Below, one piece after another: positions 9,900 to 20,541 of a stretch of 64,000 bases of DNA. The stretch comes from an uncultured Methanosarcinaceae archaeon (GTDB lineage: Archaea > Halobacteriota > Methanosarcinia > Methanosarcinales > Methanosarcinaceae), in NCBI GenBank assembly GCA_963847185.1, contig CAWJYV010000005.1, positions 1-64,000 on the forward strand, given 5' to 3'. How positions within the stretch are numbered: the first letter of the stretch is position 1; each line of letters opens with the position of its first letter. Below the pieces are notes generated by a model. It did no database searches. It was not told the origin of the DNA and saw only the letters and a list, made by a program, of their open reading frames with translations. The translations under genes were made by a program, and so were the position numbers.

Positions 9900-11201
9900 T
9901 CAGCCTCTAAGTTCTTTCATATGGTCTATTCTCTTCTGGATGAGGGCAGCAGTGCCAATATCTTTCCGGAAAAATAGCTTGCCTTTGATATTTTCAAGAG
10001 CATTCTGAGCAATTTTTTCGGCTGCACCTATAGTATCCGCACGCCCGACTACAGCAATTGCGCGGGAGCTGGTCGTGTAAACTTTCCCTTCTTTTTCATA
10101 GACACTGGCATAATAAATGGAAGCGTCTCCTATGTCTCCTACAATTACCTCGCTGTCCTTCTCAGGATTCTCAGGATAGCCCGCAGGGACTGCGTACTTG
10201 CAAACCGTGGCTTTTTTGCTGAAGCTTACAGGCAAGTTTCCAAGAGTTCCTTTAACTACTGCAGACATAATTTCTACAAAATCTGTTTCAATGAGGGGAA
10301 TTACATTCATGGCTTCGGGATCTCCGAATCTGGCATTGAATTCCACTACTTTTGGACCTCTGGCAGTAAGGATGAACTGGCCGTAGAGGATGCCTTGATA
10401 TCCTGTCCCTGTTTCTTTGGAAAGCGCCTTTACAGTGTCCTGCATAATCTTTTTTGCTTTTATAATATCTTCCGGGAGCATAAAGGGAAGGATTTCTCCA
10501 GCATCGGTATATGAGCCCATTCCGCCTGTATTTGGTCCCAGGTCGCCTTCATAGGCTCTTTTGTGGTCCTGCACCGCAGGAAAGAAGACAAGGCTTTTCC
10601 CATCTACAAAAGCCTGAAGAGTGAACTCTTCGCCTATGAAACGTTCTTCAATAACCACGGAATCCTTCTGAAGAAGCTCACTTGTATAAGCTTTGGCAGC
10701 CTCGAGATCCGGAAGCTGATCCCCCATTACTTTTACCCCTTTGCCTCCTGTAAGGCCAGAGGGTTTGACTGCAACATCCCCCAGTTTTTCAATGAAAGCA
10801 TGTGCAGGGCCTTCTTCTGTAAAGACCTCATAGGCAGGGCAGCCTTCAATTCCGTATTTTTTCATGAAATTTCTTGCCCAGGCCTTGTCAAATTCAATAA
10901 TTGCACAGGCTTTTTTAGGGCCTACAACTGGAATTCCGGCTTCCCAGAGTGCATCTGCCACTCCTGCTGCAAGCGGAGCTTCAGGGCCTACAAAAGCCAT
11001 TTCTATCTTTCTGGATTTTGCATATTCAATTATTTTTTCAACTTCTGTCTCTTTCTCAAGCAGAAAGTCTTCACAAAGGGCGGCAATTCCGGGATTTTTC
11101 TTTGCCATTAATGCATAGAGGGAAGGGTTATGCTTGCTCTTCTTAATTCCTTCGGCAATTGCGTGTTCTCTTCCACCACCGCCGATAAGCAAAATCTTCA
11201 T
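9900..11201 (-). CDS. purD: Phosphoribosylamine--glycine ligase
   Basis: [37 protein letters not shown]. Confidence 0.97.
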   Translation of the reverse strand: MKILLIGGGGREHAIAEGIKKSKHNPSLYALMAKKNPGIAALCEDFLLEKETEVEKIIEYAKSRKIEMAFVGPEAPLAAGVADALWEAGIPVVGPKKACAIIEFDKAWARNFMKKYGIEGCPAYEVFTEEGPAHAFIEKLGDVAVKPSGLTGGKGVKVMGDQLPDLEAAKAYTSELLQKDSVVIEERFIGEEFTLQAFVDGKSLVFFPAVQDHKRAYEGDLGPNTGGMGSYTDAGEILPFMLPEDIIKAKKIMQDTVKALSKETGTGYQGILYGQFILTARGPKVVEFNARFGDPEAMNVIPLIETDFVEIMSAVVKGTLGNLPVSFSKKATVCKYAVPAGYPENPEKDSEVIVGDIGDASIYYASVYEKEGKVYTTSSRAIAVVGRADTIGAAEKIAQNALENIKGKLFFRKDIGTAALIQKRIDHMKELRG

Positions 11202-11656
11202 TTTTATTCTCCTTGTTCTAAAAATATACTTTATTACTTTAAAATTTAGTTTTTAAATCTAATTGGGGAAATGAACTGAGAAAAGATAGTGAATTTTCAG
11301 TCCTCAAAATTTCTCAATAAAAACCTCTTATATTATTTTAAGCAGCATATATTATTGTTAATTATTTTGTCAGGAATAAACTAAGGGACTTCCTATTTCT
11401 CTATTTCTTCTGATAAATATCTTCTCATTGTTTTCTTATTGTCAACCTTTAGACATGGAAAAAAACAGCAGTTTTATATTTTCATTAATTTTTACTTCTG
11501 AGCTCTCTGTAAGCTTATTTTTCCAATCAGAAGCATTTTTAATGTTTTATGCTGAAAGTCAAAAGATCTTTATTTTCCTGAATTGCAATAACCCTATTTT
11601 TATACGTAAAAACAAGTAAAACCTTTTCAGGAAATAATTTTCAGGAGATCAGGAGT

Positions 11657-11968
11657 ATGAATGAAAACCCATATGAAATATTCCAGAAAGAATGCCCGGA
11701 AGTAGCTGCACGTTTTGGTGATCTGATTGAAGCTCAAAAAGCATTGAAAGGACTTGATACTAAAACAAAACAGCTAATCAATATAGCCATACAGACTGCT
11801 AACCGAAATCCAAAAGGTGTTCAGATGCATGCATTGATGGCAAAAAATGAAGGTGCAACACGTGATGAAGTTATTGGTGCAGTGGTATTAAATCTTCATC
11901 ATTCAGGGTTTGCTAAGGTTCTTGAATGTCTTCCTGCAGCCCTTGAAGGATTTGAAGGCAGGATCTAA
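11657..11968 (+). CDS. Carboxymuconolactone decarboxylase (AhpD-like) family protein
   Basis: LDTKTKQLINIA...H..MAKNEGATRDE pattern; RBS AGGAG. Confidence 0.75.
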   Translation: MNENPYEIFQKECPEVAARFGDLIEAQKALKGLDTKTKQLINIAIQTANRNPKGVQMHALMAKNEGATRDEVIGAVVLNLHHSGFAKVLECLPAALEGFEGRI

Positions 11969-12001
11969 GAATCAGAGAAGGAAGGTGCTGGTGCACTTTC
12001 C

Positions 12002-12565
12002 TTACTTTAAAAGATCACTTGCAGTTACAAGAGGAAGAAGTTCTGCGCTTATTTCTTTTAAGTTTTCTTTTGCTCCTTCTTCTCTGTCTACAACACAAAT
12101 TACGTATCTAACTTCGGCTCCGGTTTCTCTGACAATCTCTATTGCATCTATTACCGAGCCTCCACTGGTGGTTACGTCTTCGAGCATTACAAGTTTGTCT
12201 CCAGGTTTTACATCTCCTACAAACCTGCTCTTTGTACCATAGTCTTTTACAGCCTTTCGAACTATAAGCAGTGGAAGTTCCGTTTCCATGGAGACTGCAG
12301 TAGCCAGTGGAACTCCTCCGAGTTCTACACCTGTAACTGTATCCACATCCATTTCTTTTACCCTCAGGGCTGCCTGCCTGGCTATAAGTTTCAGGGTTTT
12401 TGGATCAGTACTGGCTTTTTTGATATCAATATAATACTTGCTTTTCTTTCCCGAGGCAAGGGTGAAGTCCCCGTAGCGGACAGCTCCGCAGGCTTTAAGG
12501 GCTGTGATAAGCTCCTGTTTTTCCATTTCTAGCTCATTTTTTGTTTTAGATTCTTTTTTGTCCAT
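12002..12565 (-). CDS. pyrE: Orotate phosphoribosyltransferase
   Basis: FTLASGKKSKYYID, ELGGVPLA, EDVTTSGGS, VDREEG. Confidence 0.95.
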   Translation of the reverse strand: MDKKESKTKNELEMEKQELITALKACGAVRYGDFTLASGKKSKYYIDIKKASTDPKTLKLIARQAALRVKEMDVDTVTGVELGGVPLATAVSMETELPLLIVRKAVKDYGTKSRFVGDVKPGDKLVMLEDVTTSGGSVIDAIEIVRETGAEVRYVICVVDREEGAKENLKEISAELLPLVTASDLLK

Positions 12566-12752
12566 ATTCTCACCTGCTGCAGCCTTATGCACCATCTATT
12601 TTATAAAAGCTTGTCAAATCCAATTGTTATCTAATATCGAAATGCACCCATCTTTAATTCACTGGTCTTCAGAATTTTATTGATCTTTAGATTGTGCTAA
12701 TCTTCAAAAATAAAATTTAATTTTGCTTGTTTCCTAAAGTAAATGTGTAAAT

Positions 12753-13313
12753 TTACCAGGGCTCCTTCTTTATTCCTGCAAGGTATCCTATTATGTTTGT
12801 TGTAAGGTGAAGAAGAGGAGTTGTTATTAGAATCGTCAGCATTATTCCTGGAGTAAAATTGCTCACAAACCATTCGGGGGATGTAAGGTATGTGAAAAAC
12901 CAGGCCCCAATGACAAAATCCAGCTGGTCCACCAGAGGAAGGGGAGCACCTCTCTTGAGGCCCATCCGACGCTTGAAAAAGCTCTTGAACATATCTCCGA
13001 AAAGCGAACCGCAGGCAAGAGCAAACACAACTTTGAGGGCGCTGGAGAAATCAGTTCCAAAGGCTGGCATTTCAATCCCTAAAATTTCAAACCCTCTTGA
13101 ATTCAGCCATATTTGAATGCTGCCCGCAAGAACTCCGAAGAAAATGCCTGAAAAGAGCCCTCTGTATGTTTTTCCGTCTCCTATGATTCTTCTCCCGTCC
13201 TTCAGAGTCCTGCCTCCATCAATTGGCTTTCCGCCACCAAAAACAGCTGCAAAAGGATTGGGTAGGTAGGCTGGAATCATCAACCAGAACGCTTTAATTA
13301 TTAGTTCGATCGT
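12753..13313 (-). CDS. carS: CDP-archaeol synthase
   Basis: PAYLPN, PIDGG, GDGKT, GDMFKSFFKRR, DQLDF, KKEPW; N-terminus IELIIKAFWL extends to a possible ACG start at 13313. Confidence 0.9.
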   Translation of the reverse strand, partial: TIELIIKAFWLMIPAYLPNPFAAVFGGGKPIDGGRTLKDGRRIIGDGKTYRGLFSGIFFGVLAGSIQIWLNSRGFEILGIEMPAFGTDFSSALKVVFALACGSLFGDMFKSFFKRRMGLKRGAPLPLVDQLDFVIGAWFFTYLTSPEWFVSNFTPGIMLTILITTPLLHLTTNIIGYLAGIKKEPW

Positions 13314-13596
13314 AGTATCAACTCTTTGTGTCTGTTTTGTTTTTTGAGGCAGATTTAATCTTTTTCTGTATTCCTATATCTTTAGACATCTTTCTTATCT
13401 TTATTTTTTATGTAGTCTGTGTGAACAATAAGTTTGACGGCCGATTATTGCTATCTTATTCTGTAATTCATAACGCTGCTGGGTACGTTTTAATTATTGG
13501 GTACGTTTAAATAATGGGCTTAAGTAAATATTAACTCTATTTAATTGTATTTATTTTATTAAGTTTTAATTTAAATTACGTTTTACAGGGTATCTA

Positions 13597-14255
13597 TGAA
13601 ATATCTCTGTGATATTATTACAACTCGTAACACCATGCTTGCCGCAGTTTTTGTGCTTGTGTTACTCACAGCTCTGATCACGATGAGGTTCTAACTCCTT
13701 TTATCATGAGAGTTGTTGCAGGAAATTAAATTCTGCTTGATGCTGCTTATTTTAATATGCGTGTTGCTTTTCCACCCTTTGTTCTGGTTCTGTTATAACA
13801 TTACGTCTTTCGATTGGAGTTGCAGGTAAAAAAGAACTCTTATTGTGCTTGAGTTCGGAATGGGCGGTTCTGTACTTTTGGTCACTTATTCCCTATTTTC
13901 GAGTTTTCCTGGCTTTTCCTGACACTTGGAATAGGCTTTGGAGCATTCTGGGCATATGAAGTGAATGGGGTGCCTGGTACTAGACCTGGGATCCTGTAGA
14001 GACCTCTTCTCTAACTCCCTGGCTTACAGCAACCGCTTACTTGCATGAAAAACTCAGATTCCGTCATGGATAGTATACTTTAATGCTTCCCATGCTTTCA
14101 TTTGTATCTTTTATTCTGGTTATCTTCTCGACTTTTGTCACAGAAGCGGGCTCTGGGTATCGGTCCACTCATGGCAGGAATTTACGGTAGAAGCGCCTGT
14201 TATTGCTATCTTTCTTCTGGTACTTACAGTCAAGAGCAGATCTTCTTGTTAGAAC
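13597..14255 (+). pseudogene. ccmF: Cytochrome c maturation heme lyase CcmF remnants
   Basis: [40 protein letters not shown] (WWD motif) and STFVT/RSGLWVSVH, with stops and frameshifts; upstream fragment LDAAYFNMR. Confidence 0.85.
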
Positions 14256-15091
14256 GTATTTAACCGAAGAACAATCTCAGCAAGGTTAATGCGAAAATCT
14301 CCAAACTTAATCAAAAATATAATTAAGTTTTCATATTTTCAATTCAGAGGTATTATTATTAAAGCAATAAATATTTTTAAACACATTTGTCCATAGTAAA
14401 CATTCTGCTGTTTCTACTATATTTGAAATACAAAAATTTTAAATTATCTTGAGTCCTGTCTTTCCCGAAGCTTAATGTGAAATTTTAATCAGTTAAATCG
14501 TAATGTTTTTCTTTCTTTCTCCTTAAGCTTGAGGGAAATTATTAATCAGTTAAATTATAATATTTTCCTAATATGGACTTAATATTTTTTATTTCTATTG
14601 GGGTATTATTATGTCTTCGATATTTGATTATATTTCTATACCCATCTGCGTCAAGGGGAATTGAAAGTTTTTCAAATCCCTTTTAATATATACAACTTTA
14701 AATAGTATGAGTACATTATTAATTGTTGAAGATGAATAACCTTCTAATTATATACTTATACAGGTTTTATTTCTAAACTTGTAAAGTCCATCCCATCAAA
14801 CTCACAAAACGGGGCTCTAGTAGCTGGTTATTAACCTGTATAATATTTGTTTTTAATAACCGGTTGTTGGACTTAAAACGGAATCAATCCGCTAATTTAC
14901 GTAAAAACGTTTTTAATAGATTTAAAACGAAAGAGAGTACCGTATAAATAAATTAACTACTCAAAAATTTATACAATGTTTTCAGCTTTAAAAGGTAATT
15001 GTAGATAGATTTCTTGAGGGTCTAATTTAATAATTGCCAAGATATTTTTTAGCTGACAAATTTACCTAACTACAAGTACGAAGGGGTTATC

Positions 15092-15490
15092 ATGAAAGAC
15101 TATGAAGTAAAAGTGCTGGATGAAAACGACCACATTTTTATTGAAACGTTAAGGAATCTAGGGATGTCAAGAAATGTCGCTACAACCATGGCATATCTTA
15201 TGAATGTAGACGAAGCTTCATCCCGTGAAATTGAAATCAGCACCGGATTAAGACAACCTGAGGTTAGTCTTGCAATGAGATTAATGCGCAACCAATCCTG
15301 GGTCAGTGTACGCTCGGAAAAAAAGCCTGGTAAAGGCCGACCAATAAAAATTTATGCTCTTGCAGCTCCCGTTGACGAGATCATAAGTTATTACGAAGAC
15401 AAGATTTACAAAGAATCCCAGGCAACCATCTCAGCAATCAAGAAACTGAAAGTGATGAGCAAGAAGGTGCCTCTTGTTCCTTCAAAGTAA
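15092..15490 (+). CDS. mreA: Winged-HTH transcriptional regulator (ArsR/TrmB-like; probable MreA ortholog)
   Basis: SREIE..TGLRQPEVSLAM...KGRPIKIY; the mreA name rests on recalled M. acetivorans gene order between ccmF and the CoM cluster and is not verified. Confidence 0.6.
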   Translation: MKDYEVKVLDENDHIFIETLRNLGMSRNVATTMAYLMNVDEASSREIEISTGLRQPEVSLAMRLMRNQSWVSVRSEKKPGKGRPIKIYALAAPVDEIISYYEDKIYKESQATISAIKKLKVMSKKVPLVPSK

Positions 15491-15756
15491 AAACTTTAGA
15501 ATCAGGGTTAGTTCCATAATGGCTGATAATCCTTTTGAAATCACCATTATGGAAGTAAAATCCTTCAATATGTCGCTCTCTACTCTTTCTTCCCTTGAGA
15601 CCTCTGCGAAATTCACACGCCTTCATTTTCAGAATATCAGGTTAATTCTTGTTTGGCTTCGCAGGCTTCATAATATAGCTTTTTCATGTTTCCCCTCATT
15701 TTCTCCTCATTTTAGTTTCTCCAAGTCAGTTATCGAGTAGCTAAACTTGGTATAGG

Positions 15757-15869
15757 GAGCCTAGTGTCTAGGAATTTAGTTATGAGCCATTATAATTAAG
15801 AAAGGGGCATGGATGAGGAGTTGTCTATGCATTAACGCCCCATAATTAAGTTGCTTTGACACTAGGCTC
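15757..15869. mobile_element. MITE-like element with terminal inverted repeats
   Basis: GAGCCTAGTGTC at 15757 is the exact reverse complement of GACACTAGGCTC ending 15869; the match extends imperfectly to about 28 bp; no ORF. Confidence 0.55.
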
Positions 15870-16048
15870 TTGCATCAACTCTGCCCAAAATAAAATGGAT
15901 TCTAAAAATTATCTCTGAAAATTAGTTTTGAGTATGTTCGCCAAAAATTAGTCCTCTTGAGCGAAACAGTGAAAAGGACTGCGGGCTCCCGAATCGCAAC
16001 TCGGGGAAAAAATTGTAATAAAGGAGGATTTCCTGCTTATTAAGCAGG

Positions 16049-16261
16049 TTATCCTCCTGTAACAACTTTCAGAATTGTAAGCTTGTCGGAGCTTATTGCT
16101 CCATCTAGGGGTACTGCGTTTTCTCCGTTTAATACAAGCACTGTTTCCTGATTTATTTTCAATGTATCAAGTAGCTCTTCGTAGGTGGCATTTTCGGCCA
16201 CTTCTACAGTATGTTCAGAAATCTCTCCAGCCTTGATCGTTATATGCACTTTTTTGCTCAC
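16049..16261 (-). CDS. ThiS/MoaD-family ubiquitin-like sulfur carrier (SAMP-like)
   Basis: 70 aa, beta-grasp pattern, C-terminal VVTGG. Confidence 0.85.
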   Translation of the reverse strand: MSKKVHITIKAGEISEHTVEVAENATYEELLDTLKINQETVLVLNGENAVPLDGAISSDKLTILKVVTGG

Positions 16262-16386
16262 TCTATAGATCCACCGCCGCTTACCTGAATTTCGCCTACA
16301 ATTTCCTTTATTAACTTCTGCTCCAGTTCATATTCTTTTCTGATGCCTTTCCTTTCTGCATTTCTTTTCTGGAACTTTCCTGTCAT
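16258..16386 (-). CDS. 42-aa small protein coupled to the sulfur-carrier gene
   Basis: RBS AGGAG, ATG, MTGKFQKRNAERKGIRKEYELEQKLIKEIVGEIQVSGGGSIE*; stop overlaps the next GTG start (GTGA). Confidence 0.5.
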   Translation of the reverse strand: MTGKFQKRNAERKGIRKEYELEQKLIKEIVGEIQVSGGGSIE

Positions 16387-16851
16387 TTTCAGATCTCCTT
16401 ATATGACTTTTCAGGTTTGCAACAAAGTTGGATAGATCTCTACAATCAGACTCTTTTGATCTCTCGAGATGTATATCCAATAACTATAATGATTTTATGT
16501 TTTAATTAACTTTTTGGTTAACGTTTGGTTGGTTAACATAATTCTTTTTCTAGAGCTATAGCCCTGTCAGCTTTGAATTTTGATTATCCTTCTATGTTAA
16601 CATTGGGGCCGATGCCGTTCAAAAGATTAACATAATTATTTTAAAGTTATACTTTTAACTCAAAGAAAAGAAAGTTTATTCAGAAACTACATTTTCTCAT
16701 AAATTTCCGGATTTTAAATAGACAATTTAATCAATATCTTAAAAATGAGACAAAAAGTTCTAATACATGGTATGTTCAGGAAAAATTCTAAAAAAATAAG
16801 CAAAAACCTGAATTTTTTCCTAAAAATTTATTTTAATATTTGCTTTTTTCA

Positions 16852-16923
16852 TACATCAGCCGGGACTCGAACCCGGGTTCGAGCGTTGGCAACGCCCGGT
16901 GATGACCGCTACACTACTGATGT
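16852..16923 (-). tRNA. tRNA-Gly(GCC)
   Basis: ACATCAG...CTGATGTA; anticodon arm GGGCG-TTGCCAA-CGCTC. Confidence 0.93.
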
Positions 16924-16927
16924 TCTT

Positions 16928-17002
16928 TGGTGCCCAGACCCGGATTCGAACCGGGGACAACTGCCTCTTCAGGGCAGCGCTCTCCCACTGAGCTACCTGG
17001 GC
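16928..17002 (-). tRNA. tRNA-Phe(GAA)
   Basis: GCCCAGG...TCTGGGCACCA; anticodon arm CTGCC-CTGAAGA-GGCAG. Confidence 0.95.
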
Positions 17003-17098
17003 AGGCAGACATATTTCATTACTTTTTGAATGCTGAGTAAAAATAATATTTTGAATAATGTTTTTGCTTTCCGGAAAAATCTCCGGAAAATTTTGAAG

Positions 17099-17172
17099 TG
17101 GGCCCGCTGAGATTCGAACTCAGGACCTCCGCCATGTCAAGGCGACGTCATAACCGTCTAGACCACGAGCCC
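17099..17172 (-). tRNA. tRNA-Val(GAC)
   Basis: GGGCTCG...CGGGCCCA; anticodon arm TCGCC-TTGACAT-GGCGG. Confidence 0.95.
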
Positions 17173-17269
17173 ATGTTGTTAGTTAATTTTTGTCGCTAAC
17201 TATTTTGTTACTCACATCACAAATAATTAGCAGATAATTAGTTCAAGATGTGAATGTTTAAAAAAGTTA

Positions 17270-17341
17270 TACATCAGCCGGGATTCGAACCCGGGTTCGA
17301 GCGTTGGCAACGCCCGGTGATGACCGCTACACTACTGATGT
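17270..17341 (-). tRNA. tRNA-Gly(GCC), second copy
   Basis: Near-identical to 16852-16923. Confidence 0.93.
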
Positions 17342-17345
17342 TCTT

Positions 17346-17420
17346 TGGTGCCCAGACCCGGATTCGAACCGGGGACAACTGCCTCTTCAGGGCAGCGCTC
17401 TCCCACTGAGCTACCTGGGC
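17346..17420 (-). tRNA. tRNA-Phe(GAA), second copy
   Basis: Identical to 16928-17002. Confidence 0.95.
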
Positions 17421-17511
17421 AGGCAGCATATTTCACTACTTTTTGAAACATTATATAAAAAGCTGTAATGCCTTTTTAACTTTCCGGAAAAATCTCCGGA
17501 AAATTTTGAAG

Positions 17512-17585
17512 TGGGCCCGCTGAGATTCGAACTCAGGACCTCCGCCATGTCAAGGCGACGTCATAACCGTCTAGACCACGAGCCC
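17512..17585 (-). tRNA. tRNA-Val(GAC), second copy
   Basis: Identical to 17099-17172; TATA box (CTTATATAAA, minus strand) at 17641-17650. Confidence 0.95.
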
Positions 17586-17921
17586 ATGCTGTTGTTTCCG
17601 TTTTTCGCACCACAGTGCAACTCCATAGTACGCATCATCATTTATATAAGTTTTGGGTGATTCAGGCTTTTTCCACTCGAATCACTCCTCAAAAAAATAA
17701 AAATTTTATATTTTTTGTTGCCTGTTTTTCACTCTAATCTCAACCTCTCAATGCCTCCTGGCTTGAAGTTTATTTTCTATCCATTTCCCAAAAGTCCCTT
17801 AATTTACTGCTTATGATTCACTTTTATTTGTTTTTAAATCTTATTTTTAAGGCCCTGCAATCTAAATAGAATGAACAAGCCTCTAAAATAGAATGAACTC
17901 AATATTCCGGCTGAGGGTAAC

Positions 17922-19244
17922 ATGAACGGAGAATTCGATACTACAGAAAAGTGTCGTACAATCCCGGAAATCCAGGCTAAAATTGATGCTGGAGATGCCG
18001 TGGTTCTTACGGCTGCAGAGATTTGTGCGAAAGTACGTGCAGGGGAGGAAATAAGGGTTGAAGATGTAGATGTGGTGACTACCGCAACTCGCGGCATTAT
18101 GAGTGGAACATATGCAGTGTTTTCATTCAAAGTTTCCGAACCCGATTCATTCATTAAAGCTTCTAAAGTCCTGCTGAACGGTGTACCGGCAGTTGTTGGT
18201 CCCTGCCCGAATGAAAGACTTGGAGTTCTGGACCTAATCGTACTTGGAACAGCTCACAGCGAGATTGATCCCGGGTATGGAGGCGGGCACTTATTCAGGG
18301 AAATGGTAGAAGGAAAAACAATCAAAGTGGATGTAATTACCAGTGAAGGAAATCACTTCTCAGTGAACACGAAGCTCTCTGAAATTCCCTTCGCAAAACT
18401 TCATGCTACAAGACACGCGTTCAAGAATTACCGGGCATTTGTTAATCCCGGAAAAGAGCCTATAAAAACTATTTTCCACGCTCTGCCTTTTGAAGGTGAG
18501 TTTAAAGAAATGACTTTTTGTGGCTGTGGCGAGTTAAACCCTATTGAAAACGACCCCAAACTCGAAACTATAGGAATCGGGACAAGAGTGCTTCTCAATG
18601 GTGCAGACGGATTTGTTACGGGTGCAGGCACCAGAAGTGTTCCGGATAATCCGAACCTGACGGGATTTGCGGATATGCATGACATGACATCTGAATATAT
18701 GGGAGGTTTTGTAACATCTGCCGGTCCGGAGATCATCAACACCTGGGCGGTTCCGATCCCGATTCTTCATGAGGGGATTTTGAAAAATATTCTGAAGCTG
18801 GACAGGGAAATCCCGCTCAAGTTAGTAGACCTTGCAGGCAGAATTCCTCTTTGTGAGATTACCTACGGCGACGTCTGGGATAATGTAGATCTCAATGTAA
18901 AGTATGAGCCAGAAAATTGCATTGATTGCGCAGATTGTTATGTATTGGAGGCCTGTCCCATGGGTGCTGTAAGCAAAGGGGAAAACGGAGCTGTGCACAG
19001 CGAGGAACTTTGCTTTAATTGCGGACTCTGTATCTCAAGATGCAGAGGGAAAGCATTCAGTGCAAACCTGGGTTCAGTCAAATGTACAACTGGTGGTTGC
19101 CTGAGAGATATTAAAGTAACATTGCGCCAGTCAGATCGTATCAGAGCATTGAGAGCTGCTGAAGAGCTTAAAGGAAAGATTCTCACAGGATCATTCAGAC
19201 TCAGTGAACCTGTAGAAAAAATAAGCTGGAGAGAATCAAAATAA
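17922..19244 (+). CDS. Methanogenesis marker 16 metalloprotein (proposed coenzyme M final-step enzyme)
   Basis: VDVVTTAT..MSGT, GPCPNERLG, YGGGHLF, GCGELNP, ferredoxin-type Cys motifs; next to comDE. Confidence 0.85.
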   Translation: MNGEFDTTEKCRTIPEIQAKIDAGDAVVLTAAEICAKVRAGEEIRVEDVDVVTTATRGIMSGTYAVFSFKVSEPDSFIKASKVLLNGVPAVVGPCPNERLGVLDLIVLGTAHSEIDPGYGGGHLFREMVEGKTIKVDVITSEGNHFSVNTKLSEIPFAKLHATRHAFKNYRAFVNPGKEPIKTIFHALPFEGEFKEMTFCGCGELNPIENDPKLETIGIGTRVLLNGADGFVTGAGTRSVPDNPNLTGFADMHDMTSEYMGGFVTSAGPEIINTWAVPIPILHEGILKNILKLDREIPLKLVDLAGRIPLCEITYGDVWDNVDLNVKYEPENCIDCADCYVLEACPMGAVSKGENGAVHSEELCFNCGLCISRCRGKAFSANLGSVKCTTGGCLRDIKVTLRQSDRIRALRAAEELKGKILTGSFRLSEPVEKISWRESK

Positions 19245-19377
19245 GAGAATATAAAAAGAGAATAGAGAAACAGAGATAAAAATAAAAAAGAAGAAAATTT
19301 CTTTATTATTTTTTTTGCTGACAATTCTCTTATATTCTTAAATTCTCTTTTACTGACAATTCTTTTAATTCTCTTTT

Positions 19378-20541
19378 TTACTGCTTACATGCTTCCAGAG
19401 CTCTTTTAAAACGGTTTGTAATCTCTTCAGGGCTCAGAGGAATATTGGGAGCTTTTGTGTTTCCTGGTTTCAGGATTACATGAATAAAAGAAAGCTCTCC
19501 CATCGCCCGAAAATTTCTAAAAGTTTCTACCAGTCCTTCTTTAGTGTTCACTTTAGCTGTATTCTGGATTCCGCAGGCGTTTGCAAAGATATCGAGGTCA
19601 ATATAGCGAAGAGCACAGGTTTCCTGTGAACCTGTGGATCCGTAGGCCCCATTATCAAGGCAAATGATTATCAGGTTTTTAGGAGCTTCTTTTGCAATTT
19701 CAAGAAGAGCATTGGGGTTCATCAGCAAGCTTCCATCTCCGTCAAAGGAAACTACTGTCCTCTCGGAGCGGAGGGCAAGTCCAAGGCCTATGGAAGAGAC
19801 AAGTCCCATCGAGCCGAACATATAAAAGTTGAGATCTCTGTCCTTGCAGGCATAAAGTTCCTTACAGGGAACTCCGAGGTTTGTAACTGTAATTTCATCC
19901 TCAAGTTGGGATGCAACTGCACAAATTGCATCATTCCTTAGCATTAGTGGCTTGAGGTTTTCCGTTGTAAAACCAAATCTGCATGTCCTTTCCATAGCTT
20001 CAGGTTTTTTCGGCATCCCTGCAGATTCCCAGGCGCAGCAGTTAGAAGCCTCCCAAACTCTTGGAGAAATAAGGGCTATGTGAGGTCTTAAGTTTTCGAA
20101 AGCGTCTCTTATTACGTTTTCAATCATAGAAAGCTGTTCAGGTTCTTCAATTATTGTATACTCCAGTCCTGCCCCTTTCAAGATATCCGGGAGATGGACT
20201 CCAAGGGGAATTTGTGCTTCAATACCCTCGCCGTAAACCCCGCGCCAGCTTGTCAGGATAGGTAAAGGAATTTTGCATATTACATTCAGGGATTCGAGGG
20301 CATTAATCATATTTCCGAGCCCTGTACTCTGGATCAACATCATGGGCTTTCCCCCTGCAAGGTAGGCCCCGGCACAAATTCCCACGCCGTTTTCTTCTCT
20401 TGTTAACTTTATTTCTGGAAAATCTTTTGAAACAAGAGGGAGAAGGTTCTTGATTCTGTCGCATGGTAAAGTTGCAGCAAGGTCAATACCTTCTTTTTTC
20501 ATGATTTCTATGACTTTTTCTTCCGGACTTGCCACGCACAT
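19378..20541 (-). CDS. comDE: Sulfopyruvate decarboxylase, fused ComD/ComE
   Basis: TLPCD, TREENGVGICAGAYL, QSTGLGN; NFYMFGSMG, TPP motif DGDGSLLM...DNGAYGSTG. Confidence 0.92.
   Translation of the reverse strand: MCVASPEEKVIEIMKKEGIDLAATLPCDRIKNLLPLVSKDFPEIKLTREENGVGICAGAYLAGGKPMMLIQSTGLGNMINALESLNVICKIPLPILTSWRGVYGEGIEAQIPLGVHLPDILKGAGLEYTIIEEPEQLSMIENVIRDAFENLRPHIALISPRVWEASNCCAWESAGMPKKPEAMERTCRFGFTTENLKPLMLRNDAICAVASQLEDEITVTNLGVPCKELYACKDRDLNFYMFGSMGLVSSIGLGLALRSERTVVSFDGDGSLLMNPNALLEIAKEAPKNLIIICLDNGAYGSTGSQETCALRYIDLDIFANACGIQNTAKVNTKEGLVETFRNFRAMGELSFIHVILKPGNTKAPNIPLSPEEITNRFKRALEACKQ

Noticed and set aside
13981-14075. Pyrrolysine read-through at TAG codons in ccmF
   Set aside because: The TAG at 13981 replaces a conserved Trp, and both TAGs co-occur with frameshifts, which indicates decay
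16745-17029. 94-aa ORF (also 8361-8600)
   Set aside because: Overlaps tRNA genes; no protein signal
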